Source of the DNA: Histomonas meleagridis 2922-C6/04-290x
Lineage: Eukaryota; Protista; Parabasalia
Assembly (NCBI GenBank): GCA_020184695.1
Contig: JAANOX010000232.1
Location: 62,001-126,000, forward strand
Length of the DNA: 64,000 nt
Reading direction: 5' to 3'
Each line of letters begins with the position of its first letter. Positions within the stretch are counted from its first letter, which is position 1. A model generated the notes under the pieces. The model was not told where the DNA came from and did no database searches. It saw only the letters and a program-made list of their open reading frames with translations. This document shows, piece by piece, positions 8,814 to 19,138 of the stretch. Both the position numbers and the translations under genes were made by a program.

Positions 8814-10955
8814 ATGCAACCTGGGGAAAAACAAACATATCTTCCCCAAGAACTAATAAGACTTTTTAAAATGTGTGAGCCCCCTTCGGGCTTTGGTCCT
8901 GATTTTATTGTGTTTAACTCTGAATGTAGAGCACCTCTTGATCTTACTAAGTTCAAACCAATAACTCTACCTGAAAAACATACAGAAAATGCACAAAGGA
9001 AACCAGGCTTATCTCTTTCAAAAAGGAGACCCAATAAAAATCAAAATGAAAATCCAAATGAAGTAGAAAATAAACAAACAGAAGTTCAAGAATTTAAACC
9101 TGAAATTATTGAAAGTGTTGATGTTGTTAAACAAAAAGAAACTTTTAAAGAAAAGCCATCTAAACCAATCGCATTCCAACCTAAAAAGCAAAGTGAACCA
9201 CCGGTTTCCTGGAGCGAAGTCGATTTGTCTTTAGGATCAACACCAAACAAACAAGTTAACAATAAAATTGAAAATCCCGATAAACATAAACCAAATGAAA
9301 AACAAGAACCAAAACAAGTATTGCACAACACTAGCTCTCACACCAATCCTCCATCTGAGTTTAAACCTAAAAAAGTAATCAACCATTATGAAGGTGCTGA
9401 TATTTCGATTGAAGAACCAAAACCATCTCTTCCTCCTCCAAAAACATCATTTGCACAACTTGTCCAACAAGAAGCCTCTTCTTCTAAGCAAAACAAAGTT
9501 TCCTCACCAAACGAAAAACAACCGTCAAAACCAGCGTCAAAACCGTCGGTGAAGTCATCGTTCAACCCATCAAAGTCAACGACCGTTTACGAAGGTGCTG
9601 ATGTAAGCGAAACTGAACCAAAGAAGAAGTCTGGAAAGCAAAAGAAATGGATTTCCTTTGAGCAAATTGCTGCAATGGAAGCATCTCAATCCAAGCCATC
9701 CCAAACACCAGAAGACAATACACCTGTTCCACAAAAACTTAAAAAATCAGCATTTAACCCAAAGAAAGCTCAAACTTATTACATTGGCCCTGCTGTTGAA
9801 AGGTCATTTGAACATCAATCTAATTTTGATGATCAATATTCTGAAGAGGAAGAAGAAACACCCAAGCCTCAAGCTCCTTCCAACCAACCTCCTAAACCCA
9901 GCTTAATTGACAAGCTTATTCGCGAGGAAGAAGAAGCCAAAGCACGTGAATCTTCTGCAAATCCTCCACAACCCGAAGCATCCGCTCCAGTTAAGCATAT
10001 ACCACGTTTCCAGCCATCTAAAGCCAAGTATGCCTATGAGGGAGCTTCGCTTGACTCGCCTAAAAAAACAGATACTCCATCTCCATACACATCAGCTCTC
10101 AAAGAAGAAGAGAAGAAGTCTCGTGAAAAGAAGCCACAACAGAATGCACCCACCAAAAAGGCTGGAAAATCATTCAGTGATCTCATTGCAAGTGAACAAG
10201 CATCTTCCAAATCACATATGGAAACGCCAGCTAAGCCAGCGACCACCCAAAATAAGAGTACCATGGCCTCATTTAACCCATCTAAGAGCAGTAATAAGCC
10301 ATCTTTTGCCGAGATGATGAATGCAGAATTAGAAGCAACGAAATCAAAAGCTTCACCATCACACATCCAGTCACCACAAATATCATACGGAGCGAAGTCT
10401 ACGTCATCATCAAAGCGTACATTCTCTGATTTAATGAACGAGGAATCGCAAAAGGAAGCAACTGCCGCATCAAGCACGACCGTTAACAAGAAAAGCTTTA
10501 GTCAAATGCTTGCTGATGAGCAGAAGTATTCTAAAGCGAGCCCAGAGCAACAAATGTATGTTGTCTATGATGACAACTTACCTGTAGCAAAGAAACAAAA
10601 GAAAAAGAAGCCACAGCAAAAAGTGAACGATGAGTCACTTTTCTGGGGAACCGTTAACGAGAATAAGAAAACGGTCGTTGATGATGAAGTTGAGTATCCT
10701 TCATTCAAGAGCACACAAAGAAAGGGAAAGAACAAAGGTGGAAAGAAGAAGATGAACACAGCTGAAGAGAAAGTTCAATGGCTTGCTCAGATTTTAACCG
10801 ATGAAATAGGTGAAGACGATTGGGTAGAATTCGCACAGGCATTAATTTCAAAGCCTAAAAATGAAATGGTAAGGCAATTGACTTTGGTGACTTTCGAGCA
10901 GCACCAAGCAAATGAAATAGCAAATGCGTTCTTCAATCGTTTTAGATATGCATAA
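8814..10955 (+). CDS. GIGYF/Smy2-like low-complexity protein lacking a recognisable GYF domain
   Basis: Open frame (ATGs at 8709, 8769, 8814). N-terminal YLPQELI (YxxxxL-phi) ..PLDL, repeated SF-x-x-phi-x-x-x-E motifs, and C-terminal QWLAQIL..EFAQAL..EIANAFFNR like the GIGYF C-terminal module. Confidence 0.55.
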   Translation: MQPGEKQTYLPQELIRLFKMCEPPSGFGPDFIVFNSECRAPLDLTKFKPITLPEKHTENAQRKPGLSLSKRRPNKNQNENPNEVENKQTEVQEFKPEIIESVDVVKQKETFKEKPSKPIAFQPKKQSEPPVSWSEVDLSLGSTPNKQVNNKIENPDKHKPNEKQEPKQVLHNTSSHTNPPSEFKPKKVINHYEGADISIEEPKPSLPPPKTSFAQLVQQEASSSKQNKVSSPNEKQPSKPASKPSVKSSFNPSKSTTVYEGADVSETEPKKKSGKQKKWISFEQIAAMEASQSKPSQTPEDNTPVPQKLKKSAFNPKKAQTYYIGPAVERSFEHQSNFDDQYSEEEEETPKPQAPSNQPPKPSLIDKLIREEEEAKARESSANPPQPEASAPVKHIPRFQPSKAKYAYEGASLDSPKKTDTPSPYTSALKEEEKKSREKKPQQNAPTKKAGKSFSDLIASEQASSKSHMETPAKPATTQNKSTMASFNPSKSSNKPSFAEMMNAELEATKSKASPSHIQSPQISYGAKSTSSSKRTFSDLMNEESQKEATAASSTTVNKKSFSQMLADEQKYSKASPEQQMYVVYDDNLPVAKKQKKKKPQQKVNDESLFWGTVNENKKTVVDDEVEYPSFKSTQRKGKNKGGKKKMNTAEEKVQWLAQILTDEIGEDDWVEFAQALISKPKNEMVRQLTLVTFEQHQANEIANAFFNRFRYA

Positions 10956-11044
10956 ACCATTGAATTTATAGTGATCGTTAAAAGTCACTTTTGTTTGATA
11001 TGAAAATTGGGGTGCCCGAATTAACTGTGAGCAAAAGTGTCAAA

Positions 11045-11075
11045 TTTGGCGGCGGGCAAATTTTTTGGCGGGAAG
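11045..11075 (+). promoter_or_regulatory. Tandem E2F-like sites upstream of the MCM10-like gene
   Basis: TTTGGCGG at 11045-11052 and TTTTTTGGCGGGAAG at 11061-11075, 29-59 bp before the ATG, in otherwise AT-rich DNA. Confidence 0.6.
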
Positions 11076-11103
11076 ATGTTAACATCAAAAAATAATAATA
11101 ATA

Positions 11104-11922
11104 ATGACTTCGTTCATAGAAGCAATTGCCCAGAATGCAAAGGATGTTCAAAAAGCACGCTCAATAGGGAAAAATCCATTTAAATGTTTAGTGAGATCAC
11201 AAGGAGGATATAAGGAAATAATGAACTTTAAATGTGATACTTCTTATACATCTACAAAAGAATTAAAGCATTTGTGCAAATATGTTCCATATATCAAGCT
11301 CGTAGATCTATCACAAAAATATTCAAGAAGAGCTCATTTTACAATTGCTTGTATTTGCGAAGTTAGAGGATTTACATTTTTAATTTCAGACCTGAAACAT
11401 GTAAAAAGGATTATGATTGCAAAAAATTTAAAAAAGCAATACCGCAATCATGACATAATTGCTATCGCTAATTCAGACATTGACAAAGTAATAAGTATAA
11501 ATGACGATGACCAGATCATTAAAATCGGTCATTGTGACTTTGTAGAAAAATGTCGAAAATTTAGTGATGATGATAGATGCTGTGGATATGTTGATAAAAG
11601 AAATGGTCCAACATGCAACTTCCACTGCATTCAAATGGTAAAAAATTCTGGTAGTAGAATGCTATTACGACAAATTCCAACTCCTATTCAATGGGATAAT
11701 TTAAATTCATCATTAATGAGAGATGAACAAATTTTCAACATGCCACCAATGGAGAAAATGTCATCAAGCGTAGTAGACAATTATATTGAAGCACATCCTA
11801 ATGGAAGATCAGCAAAATTTGCAAAAGAAATCGAACGCCAAAAGAAGGAATTAGAAATGAGAAACAACAATAGTCCAAGGATAGGAGCTGGTTTTGAAAA
11901 TGGTGGAATAATATTATTGTAA
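11104..11922 (+). CDS. MCM10-like replication factor (OB fold plus CCCH zinc finger)
   Basis: IIAIANS..ISINDDDQIIKIG..CRKFSDDDRCCGYVDKRNGPTCNFH..RMLLRQ matches the spacing of the MCM10 internal domain and zf-primase motif (recalled). Confidence 0.7.
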   Translation: MTSFIEAIAQNAKDVQKARSIGKNPFKCLVRSQGGYKEIMNFKCDTSYTSTKELKHLCKYVPYIKLVDLSQKYSRRAHFTIACICEVRGFTFLISDLKHVKRIMIAKNLKKQYRNHDIIAIANSDIDKVISINDDDQIIKIGHCDFVEKCRKFSDDDRCCGYVDKRNGPTCNFHCIQMVKNSGSRMLLRQIPTPIQWDNLNSSLMRDEQIFNMPPMEKMSSSVVDNYIEAHPNGRSAKFAKEIERQKKELEMRNNNSPRIGAGFENGGIILL

Positions 11923-13238
11923 ATATTGATGCTAATGAATGTTGAGATTGATTTTTTATGAGTAAACTTGTTTGTTATGAGTGCCTTTTAGGGGAAAAAG
12001 TTAATAAAATTAATTACGAACATTTTTATCTACACTGTGTTGACGAACAGAATTTTTCAATTCTTTGAAATCAGTTTTGCTTCGCATCTGCACAAATATC
12101 GAGCATTAAAAAGTTGGATTCTTCACAAAAAATTGAATAATGAAAGCGCTTTTACACTGGTTTATACGTTATACTTTCAAAAATATTTGTCAAATATTCA
12201 ATGTGACAAATTTTGATATTGTTTTTGTGTGTGTAGCGGTTATATAATTATTCAAAAATTGTTGATCGTCATCATCTGCACAAAAAAACAGCTGCAGAAA
12301 TTTGAAAATTAGAAATAACTTTTCTATCTGATTGAATAAGTCCATCATTCTGTTAATTAGACAGCAACTCTTTTTTTAATTGGCTTTTGATGCTAATAAG
12401 AAGAAAAAAATTGTTCAATTTAAAAGAAAAAAATAAAAAAACTGTAATAATTTAATGATTTTTATTTGACTTTATTATTCATATAAAATTAGTTCAAACA
12501 TTCAACAAAGAACTTGATGATATTTTTGAAGTTTTGAGATTCAATTGTTTTTCGCCAAATGTTTTGATTCGAAATAACTCGAATTTATATATTTCTCAAA
12601 TAATTTGCATTTAATAACTTATATTCTTTATAGTTTCTTTCATTGATGTGGACTTTTTAATTGAATTTATGTTTTCCAAAAAAAATCGTATATTAGAATT
12701 ATAACAACATGACTTTTGCAGTTTACACAATTTGTTGATTCATTTCTCGCATTATTGTGAAACATTTTTTGATCAATATTTATATTTCCCAAAATATCTT
12801 ATTATTTCTAGGAATTAAAGTATAAATTGAATGAACTTTTTAGTGTCTTCGAAATTCTTAATGTGTTTCCAATTATATTGATCATTTATGAGGTAGATAA
12901 GATGAAGATTGAAGTTTAAACTTTCGTAAATATTGCTTAAATGAGCTAGTTTTTGCAACATTCATTATGTTCGTGTTGTAAGTATAAAAGAAAATATACC
13001 AATGATCTGATATTGTTTTGGTGTTTGGAGTAATCACAGATCATAGAAATTGAATTGTTTATAAATCAAGATTTTTACATTTCTGAGCGTGGAAATATTT
13101 GACATACAAAAATTGACCAGGTACATCGAAATTTTGAATGTGCTTTTTGATTTGAAATGGATCATTTTTATACAAATCTTTGAAATTGACACAACATGGA
13201 AAGCTTAGCCAAAGCATTCAATTTGCCTCTATAACTAA

Positions 13239-13979
13239 ATGGAAAAAGACATTGATGATTCCCAAGGCTTAGACGAAACAGGAGCTATGAGTATAGAAGG
13301 CAATAGTGGTGATCCCATGGAAAACTCTCAAACCAAAAATTTTTCAAATGCAACAAAAATAGAAGCATCCAACGAATTTCAGAAGCTCAAAGAGATGCTA
13401 AAGATATTTGATAGTTCTAGCCAAAAGACATTTGAAATTTACAAGATTTGCGAGACATATTCTATCACGCGAAGGGTATTATATGATTTCATTACCATAT
13501 TACATGCCCTAAATGTTGTTGACCGGATGTCAAATGAAACCTTTCTTTGGAAAGGCATAAAAAATCAATATCAATTTGTCGAAAACATCAAAAACGATCC
13601 ATCTCTTAATTCTGGATGTAACTTCAAACAATTTTCATGCGATCAAGACAGCCATTTGTCTCAAGTCGTTGTGAGGCTCATACGTCTCTTCTACTACTTG
13701 GGTACAGAGATTCTTGATATTAGAAAAGTCTCAAAATTATTTATTAAAGGCGAAGTGAAGCGCAGAACAATGCTCCGCAAGCTATACACAATATCAAGTT
13801 CACTGAACGTCGTGGGACTCATCGAAAGAACTGATCAACCAGCTACAATCAAAATATGCGTTTCTCCACTTCCACTTACAAGCATCGAAATTCTACTCAA
13901 CAATTCTCATGTGCGAAACGAGGAGATTTTTGTTGCAAGACGGAAAGCGTTTGAAGAATGTGTAAAAGATGAATATTGA
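13239..13979 (+). CDS. Atypical E2F (E2F7/8/DEL-like) with two winged-helix DNA-binding domains
   Basis: RRVLYDFITILHALNVV..FLWKG and RKLYTISSSLNVVGLIER: two RRxYD-like motifs. Confidence 0.75.
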   Translation: MEKDIDDSQGLDETGAMSIEGNSGDPMENSQTKNFSNATKIEASNEFQKLKEMLKIFDSSSQKTFEIYKICETYSITRRVLYDFITILHALNVVDRMSNETFLWKGIKNQYQFVENIKNDPSLNSGCNFKQFSCDQDSHLSQVVVRLIRLFYYLGTEILDIRKVSKLFIKGEVKRRTMLRKLYTISSSLNVVGLIERTDQPATIKICVSPLPLTSIEILLNNSHVRNEEIFVARRKAFEECVKDEY

Positions 13980-14187
13980 CAGGTCAAATCTGTAAGCTTT
14001 CCTCGTAAAAGTGTAATTTTTTTGTCATGTTAAAAAACGACCGATTATCGGCTTTCAAAAATTTGACAGTCTCACAAAAATTTGACAGTCCCACAAAAAT
14101 TCTATACACTCTATTGAAATATGTAAACGATTATATTTGCGGCTCATAGAACCACATTTTTCTCCATATTTTTCAATATAACCGTCA

Positions 14188-16278
14188 CTATCCGTTGTTT
14201 TTGATAAGGGTTTTCTGAATTTTGACTAAAGGCTTTTTCAGTTCGGCTCTTAACTTGTTGGTTGTTTTAGACTTTTTCGTCTTGAATTTTTTGGTGGCTT
14301 TACGCTTCTTGTGGCCTCTTTTGGTTGCTTTGTTCTCTTCATTGATTTTCTCAAGGATTTCATCTTGTAAGAAAACAGCATCATGTGAATCTTCATTAAC
14401 TCCAAATGGTGGCGGTATCTTTGGTGGTTGGAAGTTCTTAAGTTGCTCAGGATCTTGCATTATTTCAGTAATGTTTTGATATAATTGATCAATTTCATTA
14501 ATTTTCGAAATTAATTCGTTTTGTTGATCCTCAGTAACTTTATCATTTTCAGCAATTTCTTTTTCGATTTGTTCCGTTTCTTCTTGCAATTTTAAGATAA
14601 TCATATTTTCCTTTTCAATTGTAGCTTGCAGTTCTTTGTGTTGGTTGTCATATTCTTCGATCATCTTTTGTGTGTCTTCTGCAATTTTCATAATTCGCTT
14701 GTTTTCTTCGTCAATTTGTTCTTGCGTATTTTGAATACTTCGTTGAATATTCGATATCGTGGTGTCAGCACTCATTTGATATGCTTCCATTTCTTCCTCG
14801 ATGTCAATGACGTCTCTTTCAAGCGAGTCACGTTTCATTTCTAAATTATTTAATCTCATTTCAGCTTCAGGCAATTTAGTCCTTTGGATAGATAATTGGA
14901 CCAATTGCTTCTTAAGTGGCTGAAGATTGGATTCTTTTTGGATTTTAACATTTCGAGAACATAAATTATTAATTTCTTGGATTACGAAATGATCAATTCG
15001 TGTCGACGAGAGGTCGATTTTGAACAAGGATTCATTATGTTTGAAGTTTTCAAGGATCTGATACCCACATTTTCTTGTTAAAAAGTTGTTATTTAGTTTT
15101 AATGTTCTTAATGCATTGTTTTTTTGCATTGATTTAGAAAGCATAATAGCTCCTTTGTCACTTATCCTACATGATGTTAAGTACAATTTGGTTAAAGAAT
15201 CATTTTCGCCGATATTCTTTGAAATTTCTATTGCACATTCATCACCCATTGGGTTATTTGATATATCCAATAGATATAGCACTTTATTTGAATGAATTAT
15301 TTTGCCTAAAAGTGGTGCTGATTTTTGAGTAATTTTATTTGATGTGATTACAAGTTCCGTTAATGTTTGATTAGTAATAAGCACTTCGCCAAAAGCTTCA
15401 AAACCTTCATCTCCAAGATTGTTTTCGGATATATTTAAAACAGACACATTAGAAGGATAATTGAAAGCCTCAGCTAAAGCAGCCCCGCACTTGGACGATA
15501 GGTTGCATTTTCTAAGGTTTATATAGCATAAGCTTGTCATCAAATGAAGTTGGGAAAGAAAATTAGGCCCTACAGGGTCAGCAAGTTGGTTTTCATGGTA
15601 ATCTAAAAACTTAATGTTGCCGTTGGTAAGAAGCCCATCCGCTGTGACAATATCTTCCTCTTTAATACTAAGATCACAATCTGATAGACTGAGAGATTTT
15701 AAACAATTATCTTCACGAATAAATTCGGCAAAATAATCTGCAATTGTACTACGTTTTGTGCCTTGACGGATACTAAATTTAAGACTATTGAGACCAAGAC
15801 ATTCAATTCGATTTGACTGATGAACTGCATTAATAATATCTGTAAGTGACTTAAGATTAAACTTATTTGTATGCCAAGCAACTCCGTTAACTCCAAGCTG
15901 AAGACTTTTGATATTTGTTTGTTTGATGATATCAATTAAGCAAGGAACAGCTTGATTTGTAAGGTCATTACATCCGATATCAATCACTTCAACTTGTGTA
16001 TTTGTGAGTAATAATTGAAGTAATGTGTGCATTCCATGATCACGAATTAAATTTCCGTAAAAATTGAATTTTCTAATATGTGGTGATGTTCTAAGAACCT
16101 TTGTAAGTTTAGTAAGAACATTTATTCCAATTCTTTGGCCTGATAAGTTTAAAATTCCTTTATCATATGCAGGACTAATTCTGTTCAAAAATCGTTTGTA
16201 TTCATCATCTGAGTATTCCAGTCCATTGTCTCTCATTTTAGCCTTAAACAGGCTTTCAAATTCGGCCTGATGGCTCAT
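14188..16278 (-). CDS. RNI-like leucine-rich repeat protein with C-terminal coiled coil
   Basis: Repeated LxxLxLxxNxIxDxG units (LNISENNLGDEG, LDISNNPMGDEC, LYLTSCRISDKG) followed by a heptad-rich tail. Confidence 0.85.
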   Translation of the reverse strand: MSHQAEFESLFKAKMRDNGLEYSDDEYKRFLNRISPAYDKGILNLSGQRIGINVLTKLTKVLRTSPHIRKFNFYGNLIRDHGMHTLLQLLLTNTQVEVIDIGCNDLTNQAVPCLIDIIKQTNIKSLQLGVNGVAWHTNKFNLKSLTDIINAVHQSNRIECLGLNSLKFSIRQGTKRSTIADYFAEFIREDNCLKSLSLSDCDLSIKEEDIVTADGLLTNGNIKFLDYHENQLADPVGPNFLSQLHLMTSLCYINLRKCNLSSKCGAALAEAFNYPSNVSVLNISENNLGDEGFEAFGEVLITNQTLTELVITSNKITQKSAPLLGKIIHSNKVLYLLDISNNPMGDECAIEISKNIGENDSLTKLYLTSCRISDKGAIMLSKSMQKNNALRTLKLNNNFLTRKCGYQILENFKHNESLFKIDLSSTRIDHFVIQEINNLCSRNVKIQKESNLQPLKKQLVQLSIQRTKLPEAEMRLNNLEMKRDSLERDVIDIEEEMEAYQMSADTTISNIQRSIQNTQEQIDEENKRIMKIAEDTQKMIEEYDNQHKELQATIEKENMIILKLQEETEQIEKEIAENDKVTEDQQNELISKINEIDQLYQNITEIMQDPEQLKNFQPPKIPPPFGVNEDSHDAVFLQDEILEKINEENKATKRGHKKRKATKKFKTKKSKTTNKLRAELKKPLVKIQKTLIKNNG

Positions 16279-16378
16279 ATTTTTGATATCAAAATCGTTA
16301 AATCCATAAAATTAACGTATAATCATCAGAAATTAAAAAGATGAAAATTTGGTTTATTCAACTTTATAATCCATGAGA

Positions 16379-16708
16379 CTAATCTTGCTTTGGTTTCTCT
16401 TCCTTAGGTTTTTCATTTGGTGGATTCATAATTTCAGGGTTTTTACGTAATTCAGATATGAAGAATTCAAATGAAGCAATAAGGCAACCACATATGAAAG
16501 ACATAATAACATAATGGATTGTGTAATGGAATACTGACATATATGTTAGATATATTAAACATAAAATAAGACAAAAACGACAGAATGTGATTACACCTTC
16601 ACCAATTCCAGGACTTAAAACCCACATGAGCCATGATTGCTTAGGTTGAGTTTCTTCTTTGGTTTCTTCTGGCTTTTCTTCAGTTTTGGCGACTTCTTCC
16701 TTGCTCAT
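16379..16708 (-). CDS. Pkr1-like ER membrane protein (V-ATPase assembly factor)
   Basis: WVLSPG..TM..YTIHYVIMSFICGCLIASFEFFISEL matches the recalled Pkr1 pattern (IFTPG..SIHFxxLSxL..W..F..EL). Confidence 0.7.
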   Translation of the reverse strand: MSKEEVAKTEEKPEETKEETQPKQSWLMWVLSPGIGEGVITFCRFCLILCLIYLTYMSVFHYTIHYVIMSFICGCLIASFEFFISELRKNPEIMNPPNEKPKEEKPKQD

Positions 16709-16781
16709 TTATTTGGTCAGATCCTTATGTCACTTTTTGTAATCGTCACCACTTTTGGCGCTTTATGGGTGCCCGTTTAAA

Positions 16782-18836
16782 ATGGATGAAAGGTTAAAAA
16801 GCAAGAATGGTGAGAATTATCAAAATATTATCTTACAAAATATCAATGAAGTACTAGATAGAATTCAATCTTTAACGGAATTTTCTCGGAATGATTATTC
16901 AAAAGAAAATCGTTTGAGTGATCAAGCATTTAAAATGGCAATAGATATTCAAAGTGCAAGTTCTGCATGCAACACATTAAAAGAAATGTATACCAAATCA
17001 ATAGATGAAACAAATAAAATAATTAATAAATTATACAAAATTATCAAAAAAATGAAAAATAAGGAAGAAACTTTGCTTAGACTTGCAAGTAAATATTTTG
17101 CTTCATCATTTTTCTCTTGTGATTCATTAATTCTTTACTTACAAAAACTTCAACATTCAGATTTAAATGATTTAGTTCAACAAATGAAACAAAAAACAGA
17201 AAAACAGGAAAATGAAATTAATGAATTAAAGCAATTTAAACTCGAAGCAGAAAATGATCTCAGTTTTGCATCATCAGAACTAAAGCAAATTCTAAAAGAC
17301 AAAGTTAATATTAAATCCCTAATTCAACTTACCAAAGCAACACATCAAAAGAATGCAAAACTTATCAATGAAAATGCAAAAGCAAAATCTTTGCTTCAAC
17401 AAATTTCAAATACTTTAAACATTAAATCATTTGGTGATATCAACAAAGAAATTCAAACGCTAAAACAGAATAACGAAACAGAAATCAATAAATTAAAGCA
17501 GAAAGTTAATGAATATGAATCTTTTATCAATAAAATCGGAGAAAAATTGACAAAGAATGCAAATAACACAAAAGAATTTATTAATCAAATTCAACTTATT
17601 GTCGAATCAGAACAAAAACTTAAAAACGAAAATGATAAATTAAAAAATAATATTTTGCAATTACATAATAAAATAAATTCGCAAAATACAAAAATACAGA
17701 AAACAGAAAAAAAGCAAAGCGAAAACAATGAGTTAAAGAACCAAATTTTAAAATTGCAAAATAAATTAAATTCATCAAATTTACAAAATGCAAATTTGCA
17801 GCAACAAATTGAACAAATTCAAAATGAAAATGATAAATTAAAAAATAATATTTTACAATTACATAATAAAATAAATTCACAAAATACAAAAATTCAGCAA
17901 ATTGAACGAAGTAAATCTGAAATTAATGAATTGAAGAATAATATTTTTAAGTTACAAAATAAAATCAAAACAATGAATTCGCAAAAAACAAATTTGCTGC
18001 AACAAATTGAACAAAGTCAAAGCGAAAACAATGAGTTAAAGCACCAAATTTTAAAATTGCAAAATAAAATTAATAAAACAAATTCGCAAAATACAAATTT
18101 ACAGCAACAAATTGAACAAAAGCGAAAAGAAATTAATGAGTTAAAAAATTGTACTTTGCAATTACAAAATGAAATAAATTCACAAAATGTAAATTTGCAA
18201 CAACAAATTAAAAACAAACAAAATGAAATTAATGAGTTAAAGGAGATTATTAAATACTGTCGAATATTTGCACAAAAAATTGGAAATATTTTACATCTGA
18301 ATAATGATGAGGGCGAAGAAATTCTCCAACAGATAAAGCAAAAACAGAATGAAATTGACGAATTAATAATAAAAAACAAAGAATTCCAAAACGAAATTTT
18401 AGAAATAAAATTTTCGACACAAAAACAAATCGAAAATTCTCTTCTTCGAAATCGTTTTTCAAATTTATTACAAAATTTCCTAAATATCAAACAAATAATT
18501 AACAATTTTGATATTTTTAATCATTTAAATACTAAAATTCAAAACATAAAATCTAAAATTGAAAATGAAATTGATGATAATTTACTTGTTAATAAACTTG
18601 AAAATGTTGAAATTAAAGTTTTTAGCATACAACAAAACATTAACAAAGAATATTTGTCATTAAAGAAACAAATTGAAACAGAACGAACTCATTTCACACA
18701 AAAAATACGCGAAGAAAAACATAAAAATATTGAAGAATATGAATCTTTGATAGAACAACTTAAGAAAAGATGTGAATCACAAAAAGAAACAATTAGAAAA
18801 CTAACATCAAATCGTTATGTTAATAAGCTCATGTGA
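16782..18836 (+). CDS. Long coiled-coil protein with internal N/Q/K-rich repeats
   Basis: Continuous ORF; ENDKLKNNILQLHNKINSQNTKIQ recurs at a 198-bp offset; divergent from the Pkr1-like gene across a 73-bp gap. Confidence 0.8.
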   Translation: MDERLKSKNGENYQNIILQNINEVLDRIQSLTEFSRNDYSKENRLSDQAFKMAIDIQSASSACNTLKEMYTKSIDETNKIINKLYKIIKKMKNKEETLLRLASKYFASSFFSCDSLILYLQKLQHSDLNDLVQQMKQKTEKQENEINELKQFKLEAENDLSFASSELKQILKDKVNIKSLIQLTKATHQKNAKLINENAKAKSLLQQISNTLNIKSFGDINKEIQTLKQNNETEINKLKQKVNEYESFINKIGEKLTKNANNTKEFINQIQLIVESEQKLKNENDKLKNNILQLHNKINSQNTKIQKTEKKQSENNELKNQILKLQNKLNSSNLQNANLQQQIEQIQNENDKLKNNILQLHNKINSQNTKIQQIERSKSEINELKNNIFKLQNKIKTMNSQKTNLLQQIEQSQSENNELKHQILKLQNKINKTNSQNTNLQQQIEQKRKEINELKNCTLQLQNEINSQNVNLQQQIKNKQNEINELKEIIKYCRIFAQKIGNILHLNNDEGEEILQQIKQKQNEIDELIIKNKEFQNEILEIKFSTQKQIENSLLRNRFSNLLQNFLNIKQIINNFDIFNHLNTKIQNIKSKIENEIDDNLLVNKLENVEIKVFSIQQNINKEYLSLKKQIETERTHFTQKIREEKHKNIEEYESLIEQLKKRCESQKETIRKLTSNRYVNKLM

Positions 18837-19138
18837 TTAAATTTTAATGTTATACGACTGGTTATTAATAAAAATGTTTTTAATATGATATATAAATGTT
18901 CACTTTGATAAATCGATTTAAATTCGCTTAAAATTTTTTTACTTCCATTTTGATATCCATGAACTTTTTGAGTGAATAAACTGCTGTAAAAATTACTTCT
19001 GATCGTTTTTGACAGAAGAATAACCGAAATGTATTCAATATTTCATATAAACAAATGAAGGCATTTTTTTAACCACTGCAAAACTTCCTATCGACTGCTT
19101 CAGACCTTAGAAAGCATTCTGTTTTTTAATATTGATTC

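Noticed and set aside
14057-14138. 19-bp tandem repeat and a 15-mer (TAAACGATTATATTT) shared with 54918-54932
   Set aside because: AT-rich 15-mer matches are expected by chance, and this copy lies between convergent 3' ends.
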